DNA of 64,000 nt from contig MFNV01000002.1 in assembly GCA_001782165.1 (NCBI GenBank), forward strand, positions 15,747-79,746. Direction: 5' to 3'. This DNA comes from Candidatus Levybacteria bacterium RIFCSPHIGHO2_01_FULL_41_15. Its GTDB lineage: Bacteria > Patescibacteriota > Microgenomatia > Levybacterales > UBA12049. Positions 32,636 through 42,080 of the stretch are shown here, one piece after another (positions within the stretch are counted from its first letter, which is position 1; every line of letters starts with the position of its first letter). The translations under genes were made by a program, and so were the position numbers. The notes beneath the pieces were generated by a model. It searched no databases. It was not told the DNA's origin and saw only the letters and a list, made by a program, of their open reading frames with translations.

Positions 32636-33517
32636 TTGTCAAGAATCGGTTTGTGTTATTGTAAAGATATGGTTATAGCTCTTTTATTTTTTCTTTTTAT
32701 CATTGGAATATGCGTGGGGAGCTTTTTAAATGTCTTGATTGATAGAATTCCACAGGGGCAGTCCCCCCTTAAAGGAAGATCATATTGCGACCATTGCAGG
32801 AAGTCTCTTGCCTGGTATGACATGGTTCCCCTTTTCTCTTCCGTTTTTCTAAAAGGAAAATGCAGATACTGCAAGTTGTCTATCTCATCTTATTATCCTC
32901 TGGTAGAGTTAGTGACAGGTTTAATGTTTGTTTTGACATTTCTATATTTAAGCAATCAGCAACTAGCAACCAGCAATCAGTTTAACAATATAATAATAGA
33001 GCAATTTAACAATTTAGCAATAAATTACATTTATTATTTATTTATTCTTTCCTCCTTCATAGTAATTTTTTTTACGGATCTTAAATATGGGATTATCCCA
33101 GATAAGATTTTATACCCCGCCGTACTAATATTTACCATTTACCATTTACCATTTACCATTTATTCTCCAATCCTCAATCATCAACCATCAATTATAAATA
33201 ATATATTCTCTGGAATGGGTGCTTTTTTATTCTTCTTTCTTTTGTACTTTATAACCCACGGGAAAGGTATGGGCTTTGGGGATGTGAAACTTTCCTTTCT
33301 TCTGGGACTTTTCTTAGGATTTCCCAAAATTATTATAGCTTTGTATACAGCATTCTTGACAGGAGCAATTATAGGCTCCATACTGATTATATGGGGAAAA
33401 AAGAAGTTAAGAGGTACTACGATCCCTTTTGGTCCTTTTCTAATCCTCGGAGCCGCGTTAAGCCTTTTTTTCGGAGAATTCATAATTCGTCTGGTTTTAC
33501 CCTGGTTGAACTTTTAG
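32636..33517 (+). CDS. pilD: prepilin peptidase / N-methyltransferase (A24 family)
   Basis: N-terminal Cys-x-x-Cys ... Cys-x-x-Cys zinc-binding segment, polytopic membrane core; carries in-frame low-complexity inserts encoded by 7-nt repeats. Confidence 0.85.
   Translation: MSRIGLCYCKDMVIALLFFLFIIGICVGSFLNVLIDRIPQGQSPLKGRSYCDHCRKSLAWYDMVPLFSSVFLKGKCRYCKLSISSYYPLVELVTGLMFVLTFLYLSNQQLATSNQFNNIIIEQFNNLAINYIYYLFILSSFIVIFFTDLKYGIIPDKILYPAVLIFTIYHLPFTIYSPILNHQPSIINNIFSGMGAFLFFFLLYFITHGKGMGFGDVKLSFLLGLFLGFPKIIIALYTAFLTGAIIGSILIIWGKKKLRGTTIPFGPFLILGAALSLFFGEFIIRLVLPWLNF
32951..32978 (+). repeat. 4 imperfect tandem heptamers (agcaatc agcaact agcaacc agcaatc) inside pilD
   Basis: Seen directly. Confidence 0.7.
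33131..33151 (+). repeat. 3 perfect tandem heptamers tttacca inside pilD (encodes FTIYHLPFTIY)
   Basis: Seen directly; 21 nt keeps the frame, and gain or loss of one unit would frameshift pilD. Confidence 0.8.
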
Positions 33518-33987
33518 TTGTTGTTGGAATTATTGGGATTATGGCGGTCGGGCTTTTTTCTGTTATTGATCCAGTTGGACAACTTCAAAAATCAAGAGAT
33601 GCAGAGAGGAAATCTGATCTCAAAGAACTTCAGAAGGCTCTGGAGCTTTACTATCAAGATTATGGTATCTATCCATCCCAAACAAGTTATAAAATCTTAA
33701 ATCTTAATTGGGGAAACCCCTGGGGTCCTTATCTGCCGACTTTACCCCAAGACCCATCCAGTACAAGAAAGTATATTTACTATACTCCTTCAGATGGGCA
33801 GTCATATTGGCTTTATGCTTCTTTGGAAAAAACAGATGATCCTCAGCTTTGTCCAAATTTAGATGTTACAAACAAAGAATGTCCAAGCATTGGGACCAAT
33901 ATAACAGGCTATACGGTTAAGTCTTGTGGGACAAGCAATGATAAACCTTGTAATTTCGGACTTTCAAGCCCAAATACCACACCATGA
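33391..33987 (+). CDS. type IV pilin-like protein; start codon uncertain, 5' end overlaps pilD
   Basis: Prepilin motif SG-FTLVELLVVVGIIGIMA; the ATG at 33391 implies a ~35-aa leader overlapping the pilD 3' end in another frame. Confidence 0.6.
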   Translation: MGKKEVKRYYDPFWSFSNPRSRVKPFFRRIHNSSGFTLVELLVVVGIIGIMAVGLFSVIDPVGQLQKSRDAERKSDLKELQKALELYYQDYGIYPSQTSYKILNLNWGNPWGPYLPTLPQDPSSTRKYIYYTPSDGQSYWLYASLEKTDDPQLCPNLDVTNKECPSIGTNITGYTVKSCGTSNDKPCNFGLSSPNTTP

Positions 33988-34523
33988 GAATAAATTTCAA
34001 ATTTCATCCATTCGGTAAACTCAGGGCAAGAATTTCGCGCCGCCGGCATAGCCTCTGGCGACGCACGGCAAATTTTAAATTATTACGGGGATTTACTCTT
34101 GTTGAGCTTCTTATTGTCATCGCTATAGTCGGGGTACTCTCCACCCTTGTAATTGCGAATTTTGCAGAAGTAAGAAAAAGAGCAAGGGATTCTCAGAGAA
34201 AATCAGATGTAAGACAAATTCAATCAGCAATTGAGCTAATAAGATCAGATACCGGAAGCTATCCCGGATCTCTCCCCTCCTGCGGATCTTCTCTTACAGC
34301 AGGATCCCCTGCCACAACTTATATGCAAAAAGTACCCTGTGATCCAAGCGGCGCAACCTACTGGAATGGAGGAATTTATTATTACCTTCCGAGCGGTTCC
34401 ACATATACCCTTGCCTCTTGTATGGAAAATGCTCAAGAATCAGGATCCGATATCCAAGAAACATCCCCTGGCGGCAGTGGAACTTGTTCATCCGGCAAAT
34501 GGTATGTTTTAACCAGTCCTTAA
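33984..34523 (+). CDS. pseudopilin (GspG-like) with long basic leader
   Basis: RG-FTLVELLIVIAIVGVLSTLVIANF preceded by ~39-aa Arg/Lys-rich leader. Confidence 0.65.
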   Translation: MRINFKFHPFGKLRARISRRRHSLWRRTANFKLLRGFTLVELLIVIAIVGVLSTLVIANFAEVRKRARDSQRKSDVRQIQSAIELIRSDTGSYPGSLPSCGSSLTAGSPATTYMQKVPCDPSGATYWNGGIYYYLPSGSTYTLASCMENAQESGSDIQETSPGGSGTCSSGKWYVLTSP

Positions 34524-34524
34524 T

Positions 34525-35028
34525 ATGCCCCTCTTTTACATCAAAATCATAAAATCCCTGTCGTCCAGAAACTTGGGATTTACCCTTATTGAACTTCTTA
34601 TTGTGATAGGTGCTTCAGCTGTAATATCTGTTGTAGGAGTTTCGGCCTTTGTAACATACAGCCAATCCCAAGCCTTAAACAGCGCTTCAAGCGATATTAT
34701 CAGCTTATTCAATCTCGCAAGATCAAGAGCCTACTCGCAAATAAAACCTTCTTCATGTTCGGGCAGCCTTGCCGGATACCGAATTTCCCTAGATACAACA
34801 AATGCCCAGTATAGCTTAGAGGCTGTTTGTAGCAGCTCAGCAACATTCGTTGTTCTCAATAAAAAGCTTCCTTCAAACATAATTTTTTTGGATTCTCCTG
34901 CAACCAATCCAACGACATATTCTTTCCCTGTTTTAACAGGAGGAGTTCATAGCGGAGGAACAATTAGGCTGAAGGGTTATGGAAAAGAAAAGACCCTTAC
35001 GGTTGATTCCCAGGGCAATGTAAAATGA
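34525..35028 (+). CDS. minor pilin (GspH-like)
   Basis: LG-FTLIELLIVIGASAVISVVG prepilin motif. Confidence 0.6.
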   Translation: MPLFYIKIIKSLSSRNLGFTLIELLIVIGASAVISVVGVSAFVTYSQSQALNSASSDIISLFNLARSRAYSQIKPSSCSGSLAGYRISLDTTNAQYSLEAVCSSSATFVVLNKKLPSNIIFLDSPATNPTTYSFPVLTGGVHSGGTIRLKGYGKEKTLTVDSQGNVK

Positions 35029-35519
35029 AAAAATTTCCTACAGCAGGATATCTTAGCGGGCAAACCTTACTTGAGGTTTTGGTTGCACTTGGAGTCGCGA
35101 CTATAGTGATATCTGCAATAGTTGTAATAGTAATCTCATCCTTGAAGGGTGGACAGTTTTCAACCAGTCAAAATCAGGCGAACCAATATGCACAGGAAGG
35201 GCTTGAGATTGTGAAAAACAAGGCTCAATCAGATTGGACTACTTTTCGATCCTATCTTCCTTACTCTTGTCTTGGACAAGACCAAACTATCTCACCTCCT
35301 CTGGGCACATCATGCGGTTCCAACTTAGGGACATTCTCAAGAGAAATATTATTCAGTCACTATGTTGCAAATGATGGAAATACTGATTGTCTGCCTACCA
35401 CTGTGGACAGGACAAAAGTTACGGCGACTGTTTACTGGTCTGACAGCAAATGTCCTGCCGGGACACCTTTTTGCCATAAAGTACAATTAATATCGTGTCT
35501 ATTTAAATCAGGATCATAA
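35025..35519 (+). CDS. minor pilin (PilV/PilW-like)
   Basis: GQTLLEVLVALGVATIVISAIVV N-terminal helix. Confidence 0.5.
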   Translation: MKKFPTAGYLSGQTLLEVLVALGVATIVISAIVVIVISSLKGGQFSTSQNQANQYAQEGLEIVKNKAQSDWTTFRSYLPYSCLGQDQTISPPLGTSCGSNLGTFSREILFSHYVANDGNTDCLPTTVDRTKVTATVYWSDSKCPAGTPFCHKVQLISCLFKSGS

Positions 35520-35522
35520 AGT

Positions 35523-36947
35523 ATGAAGAAAATAACAGAAAAGAAAATTGGAGTGGGTTCATCTCGCATCACTTCCCACGAATTGCTTCAAAATTTAATA
35601 TTAGGAAGCCGGAGGCATTTGGCAAGTCGTGATGGGGAAAACGAACGATTTTCTGGAAGTGGTGCGGGGTTTACACTTTTGGAGCTATTGGTAGTAATAA
35701 TAGTTATCTTTGTTGTGGGAGCTGTAATTATGGGAACTATTGTTTCGTCTTTGCGCATAGCCGACAAGGCTAAATCTATGGATGTTGTACGCACAAACGG
35801 AAATTACGCTATATCCCAGATGTCCAGAATGATAAAATACGCCGAAGAGTTCAATGGAGTAAGCACAGATGGCGTTGTTTATACCGCAAATTGCAGTTCC
35901 CCAATTGTCATTTCCACACCTGCGGTGGTTTCTGTTCCCTCGCCTCGTTTGGGATTTTTTTCAAGAATTGCAAATTTAATTCAAGGATTTGGCGATCTGG
36001 GCAAGAAAGAAATTTCCTCCGTATTTTCAAAACTTGCAAGCCTAATCCCAATGCTTGATAGCCCAAAAACATTTGTTACGCGTCAAGTTGCCCCCGCAAC
36101 GTCTGCTACTTTAAGACCAACTGGCCCTTGGGCTGAAAGTAGATGGACTAGGACTGGCTGTACAGCTAATTGGCAATGTGTTGATGAGGAAACCTTAAAT
36201 ACTTCAGATTATGTCCAAGCCCCATCATCTGGCAGTACTATTGACTGGTACGCAACCAGTTTCACCCCTCCTGCTGGTTCGACCATTACTGCAATTCGCG
36301 TCTTTGCCCAAGCCCGCAAGACTGATGCTGATACTACCTATTTGCTTCTTGGATATCGCAAATCTGACGGCAGTTTCACCTTTAAAGACCCAGGCGTAGC
36401 ATTAACTACAAGTTGGGCATCAACAGTTCCTTATGCCAGTTGGACAACTAGTTTGCCAGCTGTCAGTAGATTTCCCATCCAAATTGGCATTCAAGCTGGA
36501 GAAGTTTCAACAGTTAGAGTAGCTCAAGTTTGGGCTGAAGTTGACTATATTGCTCCATCACCTACCCCCACCCCAACTCCTACGCCTACACCCACACCCA
36601 CCCCTACACCTACCCCCACCCCAACTCCCACATCAGGGCCTACTCCAACCCCTATCTCATACAATTTCGTAAAAGTAACCGGATTTGACGGTGGAACTAC
36701 GGTTTTTTCCTGTCTTTCGGGGGATCCAGGAGAAATCGCTTCAGAAAGCGGAGAGCTTAAGCAGTCACTTATAGATACAAATTCTGTAAGGGTGGATAAT
36801 TGCTCTATCTATTGTACCCAAGAGGGCTTATCATCCCCCCCTCTTATAAATATATCTTTTACGCTTTCCAAAAAAACAACAAGCCAGTTTTTTGAGCAAA
36901 AAACTGCTATCCCCTTTCAGACATCAGTCGGCATAAGAAACTACTAA
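35523..36947 (+). CDS. large minor pilin-like protein with (PT)n linker and C-terminal globular domain
   Basis: AG-FTLLELLVVIIVIFVVGAV prepilin motif; 17 consecutive Pro-Thr dipeptides. Confidence 0.55.
   Translation: MKKITEKKIGVGSSRITSHELLQNLILGSRRHLASRDGENERFSGSGAGFTLLELLVVIIVIFVVGAVIMGTIVSSLRIADKAKSMDVVRTNGNYAISQMSRMIKYAEEFNGVSTDGVVYTANCSSPIVISTPAVVSVPSPRLGFFSRIANLIQGFGDLGKKEISSVFSKLASLIPMLDSPKTFVTRQVAPATSATLRPTGPWAESRWTRTGCTANWQCVDEETLNTSDYVQAPSSGSTIDWYATSFTPPAGSTITAIRVFAQARKTDADTTYLLLGYRKSDGSFTFKDPGVALTTSWASTVPYASWTTSLPAVSRFPIQIGIQAGEVSTVRVAQVWAEVDYIAPSPTPTPTPTPTPTPTPTPTPTPTPTSGPTPTPISYNFVKVTGFDGGTTVFSCLSGDPGEIASESGELKQSLIDTNSVRVDNCSIYCTQEGLSSPPLINISFTLSKKTTSQFFEQKTAIPFQTSVGIRNY
36561..36653 (+). 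repeat. hexanucleotide ccNacN repeat encoding (PT)17 linker
   Basis: Seen directly. Confidence 0.8.
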
Positions 36948-37107
36948 TTCGCACCACTTCCAAGAAAATCGTTTGTTTTCCCATCACAGTTTACAAAGCG
37001 TCTTCCTTTTTCTGATATCAAAGATTGAGGCGATTCATTGGAAATGGTGTGGGAATCCAGATTGAATCGGGGTTGACACTCTTGCCCTTGATTGATACTC
37101 TTAAGAC

Positions 37108-37926
37108 ATGTCTTATAAAAAAAAAGAAAAGGAGCGCGGGCAAACCCTTCTCATAGTCGTTTTGATAATGGTTGTTTCTACGACAATAGGCTTATCTCTT
37201 GTTTCAAAAAGTATAGTAAGTCTTAGAACTTCAACAGAAGAAGCAGAATCAGCCAAGGCTCTGACTGCGGCAGAGGCAGGGGTACAGCAAGCGCTTCAGC
37301 AAGGAACCTCAATTCCTTCGGGGAGTTTTGCAAATAACACAAGCTTTAACGCCACTGTTTCCCAAGAAAGCGGGATAAGCCTTATTCTAAACGGAGGAAA
37401 CCCAGCTTTAAAGGATGAGGGAATAAACGTTTGGCTCGTGTCGCATTCAAGCCCCACCAGCCCCAATTGGTCTGAGACATGGGAAGGAGACCTAACTTTT
37501 TATTGGGGAGAGACCAGCGATCCCTGCAATGAGGCTGATTTGGAGATCTACGCATTAGGCGGTGATCCTCCCTTTAATTTTTCCAATATGAAGGCTTCAA
37601 GAAACGCAGTCCATGGTGGTTGCTCTTCCAGAGAGAATAATTTTCTTACCGGCGTTGCCTCAGCAAAAAATATTGGAGGAAAAACCTTCCATTTCTCCTA
37701 TCCTGTTAATATTAAAGACGGGCTTATCGTTCGGGTAGTCCCCCTTTATAAAGATGCAGTTATAGCAGTTGAGGGAAGCCCATCTCTTCCGTCCCAGGGA
37801 ATTTTGGTATCTTCGGAAGGACAAGTGACAGGCTCAGATATAAAAAGAAAAATTAACATCTTTCAGCCCTATCCCTCTCTGCCTAATGAATTTTTCCTTT
37901 ATGGTCTTCTAGTTCCCAAAAACTAA
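37108..37926 (+). CDS. PilX-like minor pilin / pilus assembly protein
   Basis: N-terminal hydrophobic helix RGQTLLIVVLIMVVSTTIGLSLV then globular domain. Confidence 0.45.
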   Translation: MSYKKKEKERGQTLLIVVLIMVVSTTIGLSLVSKSIVSLRTSTEEAESAKALTAAEAGVQQALQQGTSIPSGSFANNTSFNATVSQESGISLILNGGNPALKDEGINVWLVSHSSPTSPNWSETWEGDLTFYWGETSDPCNEADLEIYALGGDPPFNFSNMKASRNAVHGGCSSRENNFLTGVASAKNIGGKTFHFSYPVNIKDGLIVRVVPLYKDAVIAVEGSPSLPSQGILVSSEGQVTGSDIKRKINIFQPYPSLPNEFFLYGLLVPKN

Positions 37927-38966
37927 TGGAAAAAAAATCTTTCGGTCTTGACATAGGTCTTAGGACAATAAAAGCAGTCTGGCTTTCTAAAACAAAAGAT
38001 GGTTTTACTCTTGAGGCTTCTATTACTTCACCTTCATCCCTAAAGGGCATGACTTCTGAATCTCCGCTTGATGAAGAGGAAATGGCAGGAGTAATAAAAA
38101 AAACCGTTGAGGATGCAAAAATAACAACCAAATTTGTGAATGTAGCGCTTCCTGAGAGTCAGGTTTATACAAAGGTTGTAGACATGCCGGTCTTATCCGA
38201 TAAGGAGCTCTCCTCTGCCATTTATTGGGAGGCAGAACAACATATACCAGTTCCCTTATCTTCAATAACACTTGCCTGGAGTGTTCTCAAAAGACCCCCA
38301 AGGACAACTAGTTCTGAGAAGATGCAGGTTCTTATGGTCGGAGCCCCCGTAAGCCTTATCAATAAATACCAAAAAGTCTTATCAATGGCAGGATTTAGGA
38401 TAAATGTTCTTGAAACAGAAATATTGTCTATGGTAAGAGCGCTTATTACAGGAGAAGACTTTCCATCCTCAATAATTATAGATTTAGGCTCAGTAAGCAC
38501 AACTATAACTCTAATAAGGGAGGGAATTGTAGTTTTTACCTACCCTGTGCCCACAGGAGGAATGGCAATTAACAGAGCAATAGAGACAGACTTTGAGTTT
38601 ACTCCTGATCAAGCAGAAGAGTATAAAAGAACTTACGGAATATCGAAAGAGGCTTTTGGAGGGAAAATTGGCAAGGCAACCGAGCCTATTTTAAATTCGA
38701 TACTGGGTGAAGTCAGAAAGGCTTTGGTTTTTTACAAAGAGAAATATAAAGACGACAAGCCCATAAGACAGATAATCTTAACAGGAGGAACGGCTAAGCT
38801 TCCCGATATTGATCTTTATTTTGCCCAAAATTCTAATATAGAAACAGTTATCGCAAATCCGTTTAAAATTTTAACTAATGTAAAAGATTTTCCCAAAGAA
38901 ATTGTAGAAAATGCGTCTGATTATACTATCGCAGTGGGTCTTGCCTTAAAAGATTATGAAGAGTGA
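37926..38966 (+). CDS. pilM: type IV pilus assembly protein PilM (actin-like ATPase fold)
   Basis: 346 aa; FGLDIGLRTIKAV N-terminus and actin-fold layout. Confidence 0.8.
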   Translation: MEKKSFGLDIGLRTIKAVWLSKTKDGFTLEASITSPSSLKGMTSESPLDEEEMAGVIKKTVEDAKITTKFVNVALPESQVYTKVVDMPVLSDKELSSAIYWEAEQHIPVPLSSITLAWSVLKRPPRTTSSEKMQVLMVGAPVSLINKYQKVLSMAGFRINVLETEILSMVRALITGEDFPSSIIIDLGSVSTTITLIREGIVVFTYPVPTGGMAINRAIETDFEFTPDQAEEYKRTYGISKEAFGGKIGKATEPILNSILGEVRKALVFYKEKYKDDKPIRQIILTGGTAKLPDIDLYFAQNSNIETVIANPFKILTNVKDFPKEIVENASDYTIAVGLALKDYEE

Positions 38967-39492
38967 CATCAATCTTCTTGCCGTTTCTCAAATCGAAACC
39001 GTAAAAGAAGACTCATTTTTGAAATTTCTTCGGATTTTGTCTATTGGTTTTTTACTCTTGGTTCTTTTTCTTTCAATTTTGGTATTTATTCTAACGAGCA
39101 GAATTTCTCCTTCTTCCATAGTGAAGGAACAAACTTCCATAATCGGAAGAATCAAACTTCTCAGAAACCGGGAAACCAAAATCCTGGCTCTAAACGACAG
39201 AATAGGGGCAGTTGGGGAAATTTTAAAAGGGAGATCTAATTACGAAAAAACAATAGAAGTTTTCTTATCAAATGTGCCTTCGGGAGTTTCGATTGGTTCG
39301 TTTGAGATAGGGAAAACTGAGATTGCGCTTACAGCAAGATCCGATTCTCTTTTAGATCTTAATGCTTTCGTTAAAAACATAACGGATTTAGTTAAAAACG
39401 GAAAAGAGATTAAAAGCATGACAATTGACAATATTGCTTTTGATTCTAGATCAGGTACTTATTCGTTGGCAATTAAGGCAGATAGATTATGA
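38956..39492 (+). CDS. pilN: PilN-like bitopic pilus assembly protein
   Basis: Single N-terminal TM; position after pilM; 11-nt overlap with pilM. Confidence 0.5.
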   Translation: MKSDINLLAVSQIETVKEDSFLKFLRILSIGFLLLVLFLSILVFILTSRISPSSIVKEQTSIIGRIKLLRNRETKILALNDRIGAVGEILKGRSNYEKTIEVFLSNVPSGVSIGSFEIGKTEIALTARSDSLLDLNAFVKNITDLVKNGKEIKSMTIDNIAFDSRSGTYSLAIKADRL

Positions 39493-40202
39493 GAGAAAAA
39501 GTCAATATTGATATTGAAACAATAAGAATAATATATTCAAAATACAGAAGTCATCTAGTGTACATTACTGTTTTAATCGTTTGTCTTATTCTGTCTTTGG
39601 GCTTTATTCTGCCAAGAGTTTTGGATTTGGGGAGTATTAATAAAAAAAGACAGGAGGAAACCCAAAAACTTAGAACTCTAAAGGGTAATATGGAAACTTT
39701 GTTATCCCAAGATGACTCCTCTTTAGACAATGATCTTCAGGCTCTATTATCCGCTTTGCCGGAGACAAAAGATTACGATGGAATACTAAGCGCAATTTCT
39801 GATGCTGCGGGAAAATCTGGGGTGTCCCTGAGTGATTACCAGTTGCAGATTGGAAAAATATCTGAAATAACCGAAAGGACACAAGGATACCCGTCTTTAA
39901 GATTGATTTTAAATTTAAAAACAAATCTTTCAGGCACTCAGAAATTTTTGCGGGAATTGTCAAAAACTCTTCCCTTGTCTAATGTTTCCGATGTTGTCCA
40001 TGAAGGTAATTCGGCTTCAGTAACAACCCTTTTTTATTATAAGCCTTTTTCTCCTTTTCAGCCTAAGGAAGACGAGAAGCTAGTTAATTTATCGAAGAAG
40101 GAACAAAACTTAGTCTCTAAAATATCTGAATGGAACAGACCTATAGTCGCTTTATTAGAAGTTTCTTCTCCGTCCTCTCCCTCTGCTAGCTCGCCTTTTT
40201 AG
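39489..40202 (+). CDS. pilO: PilO-like bitopic pilus assembly protein
   Basis: Single TM plus coiled-coil; translationally coupled to pilN. Confidence 0.45.
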   Translation: MREKVNIDIETIRIIYSKYRSHLVYITVLIVCLILSLGFILPRVLDLGSINKKRQEETQKLRTLKGNMETLLSQDDSSLDNDLQALLSALPETKDYDGILSAISDAAGKSGVSLSDYQLQIGKISEITERTQGYPSLRLILNLKTNLSGTQKFLRELSKTLPLSNVSDVVHEGNSASVTTLFYYKPFSPFQPKEDEKLVNLSKKEQNLVSKISEWNRPIVALLEVSSPSSPSASSPF

Positions 40203-40890
40203 ATTTCAAAAGATCGGGTCTTTTAAGTATCGTTATTCTCCTTGCATTTCTTTCTTTCCATTTTCTAATTTTTTCGTGATTGCCTGAAAGAAGTACTTGA
40301 GGAACTTTAAGCTTTTTGTATTCCGCAGGCCTCGTATACTGAAAATATTCAAGAAGCCCTCCTTGTTCTTTTCTTGAGAATGATTCCTCGTCTGTAACAT
40401 TATCATGAAGGACCCCCTTTATGAGCCTTACGACGCTGTCAACGACTGCAATTGCCGGTATCTCCCCACCTGTCAGAATAAAATCGCCTAAAGAGATTTC
40501 TTCATCAATAAATTCTTTGATTCTTGCATCAAACCCTTCATAATGTCCGCAGACAAGGATAAGATGTTCCAAACTTGATAACCTATATGCTGTTTTTTGA
40601 TGGTATTTTTTTCCGGCTGGATCAAAAAGTATTACCTTTTCCCTCCCTTTTTCTTTAAAACTTTTTTTTGTATTCTCAATCGCCTTCTCAAGGACGTCTA
40701 CCCTGAGAATCATCCCTTTACCTCCCCCATATGGTTTATCATCAACAGTTTTATGCCTTCCAATCCCAAAATCTCTTATATTAATATAATTTATCTTAAC
40801 GAGTCCCTTATTCACAGCGTTTTTGATTATAGAATGGTCAAAAGGACCTTCAAACATCTCGGGGAAAAGCGTGAGTATCGAGATAGTCAT
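40186..40890 (-). CDS. trmD: tRNA (guanine37-N1)-methyltransferase
   Basis: ISILTLFPEMF ... DKPYGGGKGMIL SPOUT motifs. Confidence 0.9.
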   Translation of the reverse strand: MTISILTLFPEMFEGPFDHSIIKNAVNKGLVKINYINIRDFGIGRHKTVDDKPYGGGKGMILRVDVLEKAIENTKKSFKEKGREKVILFDPAGKKYHQKTAYRLSSLEHLILVCGHYEGFDARIKEFIDEEISLGDFILTGGEIPAIAVVDSVVRLIKGVLHDNVTDEESFSRKEQGGLLEYFQYTRPAEYKKLKVPQVLLSGNHEKIRKWKERNARRITILKRPDLLKSKKAS

Positions 40891-40896
40891 AAAGGT

Positions 40897-41133
40897 TTAG
40901 TTTTGCTCTTCAAGAAGAATGTTAATTTTTTTGTTTTGTTTTATTGCTGGAATTTTCATGACGTTTCTTATTGCTCTTATTATCTTGCCGTTTTTTCCGA
41001 TAATTCTTCCCATGTCGTTTTTATCAACAAAAATTTTAAAAGTAATAATTTCTCCGTCCGACTCTTCCTCTATCTTTACTTTATCTCTTTTTTCTGCTAG
41101 TGAGGATACTATATGGGATAGGGCATTTTTCAT
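40897..41133 (-). CDS. KH-domain RNA-binding protein (YlqC/UPF0109 family)
   Basis: GRIIGKNGKIIRAIR KH motif (GxxG loop); conserved position between rpsP and trmD. Confidence 0.7.
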   Translation of the reverse strand: MKNALSHIVSSLAEKRDKVKIEEESDGEIITFKIFVDKNDMGRIIGKNGKIIRAIRNVMKIPAIKQNKKINILLEEQN

Positions 41134-41360
41134 TATTTTAAGAGATTTGCTACTTTTTCTGTTGGTTTTGCTCCGACAGAAATCCAGTACTTATACCTTT
41201 GCATATTTATATTTTTAACGACTCCCGTTTCCTTTTTTTGATAGTGGCCGAGTGCTTCAATAAACTTTCCGTCTCTTTTGCTTCTCTTTTCTTTTACAAC
41301 GATTCTGAATCTACTTTCTCCCTTTCTTCCCACTTTTGTTAACCTGATTACGACTGACAT
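41133..41360 (-). CDS. rpsP: 30S ribosomal protein S16
   Basis: MSVVIRLTKVGRKGESRFRIVV. Confidence 0.9.
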   Translation of the reverse strand: MSVVIRLTKVGRKGESRFRIVVKEKRSKRDGKFIEALGHYQKKETGVVKNINMQRYKYWISVGAKPTEKVANLLK

Positions 41361-41414
41361 AGAATGCTATTTTAGCACTAATTTTTTTTATTCTCAACCC
41401 CGATTGAATCGGGG

Positions 41415-42080
41415 TTAACCCGATTCTCTTAATTTTAACAAAGCTTCCCTTGCGGAATTTTTTTCAGCTTCCTGCTTAGATTTACCCGTTCCTTTCCCCA
41501 GAAGAGATTTCTCAACATATACCCCTACGGTAAATACCTTCCGATGGGCCGGTCCCTCTTCTCCAAGAACCTTATATGAAGGAGAAATTTGTTTTTTTGC
41601 CTGAATCTTTTCCTGGAGAAGGCTTTTTGGGTCTTTTAAAACTTTCTGTGCCAAAAGCATCTCAGTTTTTGAAAGAAGGACGTCCTTGAGAAAATCAGAT
41701 ACTTTTGTTACGCCTTGATCAAGGAACAAGGCTCCCACAAATGCCTCGAAACAATTGGCAAGAAGACTTATGTTTTCCCTCCCTTTGGATTCCTCTTCCC
41801 CCTTGGATAACTTAAGAAGATCTCCAAAATTAAGTTCCTTTGCAACTTCTGCAAGAGTTCGTGTATTTACAAGCAAAGACCGAAGATTAGTCAATGTCCC
41901 CTCGTCAAATTTAGGATAATTTTCATGGAGATGTTGTGAGACCACAAACGAAAGAACGCTGTCACCAAGAAACTCCAGCCTTTCATTTGAGGATAATTTT
42001 TCTTTTGTTTCATTAAGATAGGACCTATGTATAAAAGCTTGTTCGAAAAATTTTCTATTTTTAAATTTTGGAAGCTTCAT
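41415..42080 (-). CDS. rnc: ribonuclease III
   Basis: ERLEFLGDSVL signature and C-terminal dsRBD. Confidence 0.9.
   Translation of the reverse strand: MKLPKFKNRKFFEQAFIHRSYLNETKEKLSSNERLEFLGDSVLSFVVSQHLHENYPKFDEGTLTNLRSLLVNTRTLAEVAKELNFGDLLKLSKGEEESKGRENISLLANCFEAFVGALFLDQGVTKVSDFLKDVLLSKTEMLLAQKVLKDPKSLLQEKIQAKKQISPSYKVLGEEGPAHRKVFTVGVYVEKSLLGKGTGKSKQEAEKNSAREALLKLRESG

Noticed and set aside
33984-34523. The long basic N-terminal extension of this pseudopilin as a separate small gene
   Set aside because: It is continuous in-frame with the prepilin cleavage motif and has no intervening stop. More parsimonious as a long leader or an upstream-mis-called start.
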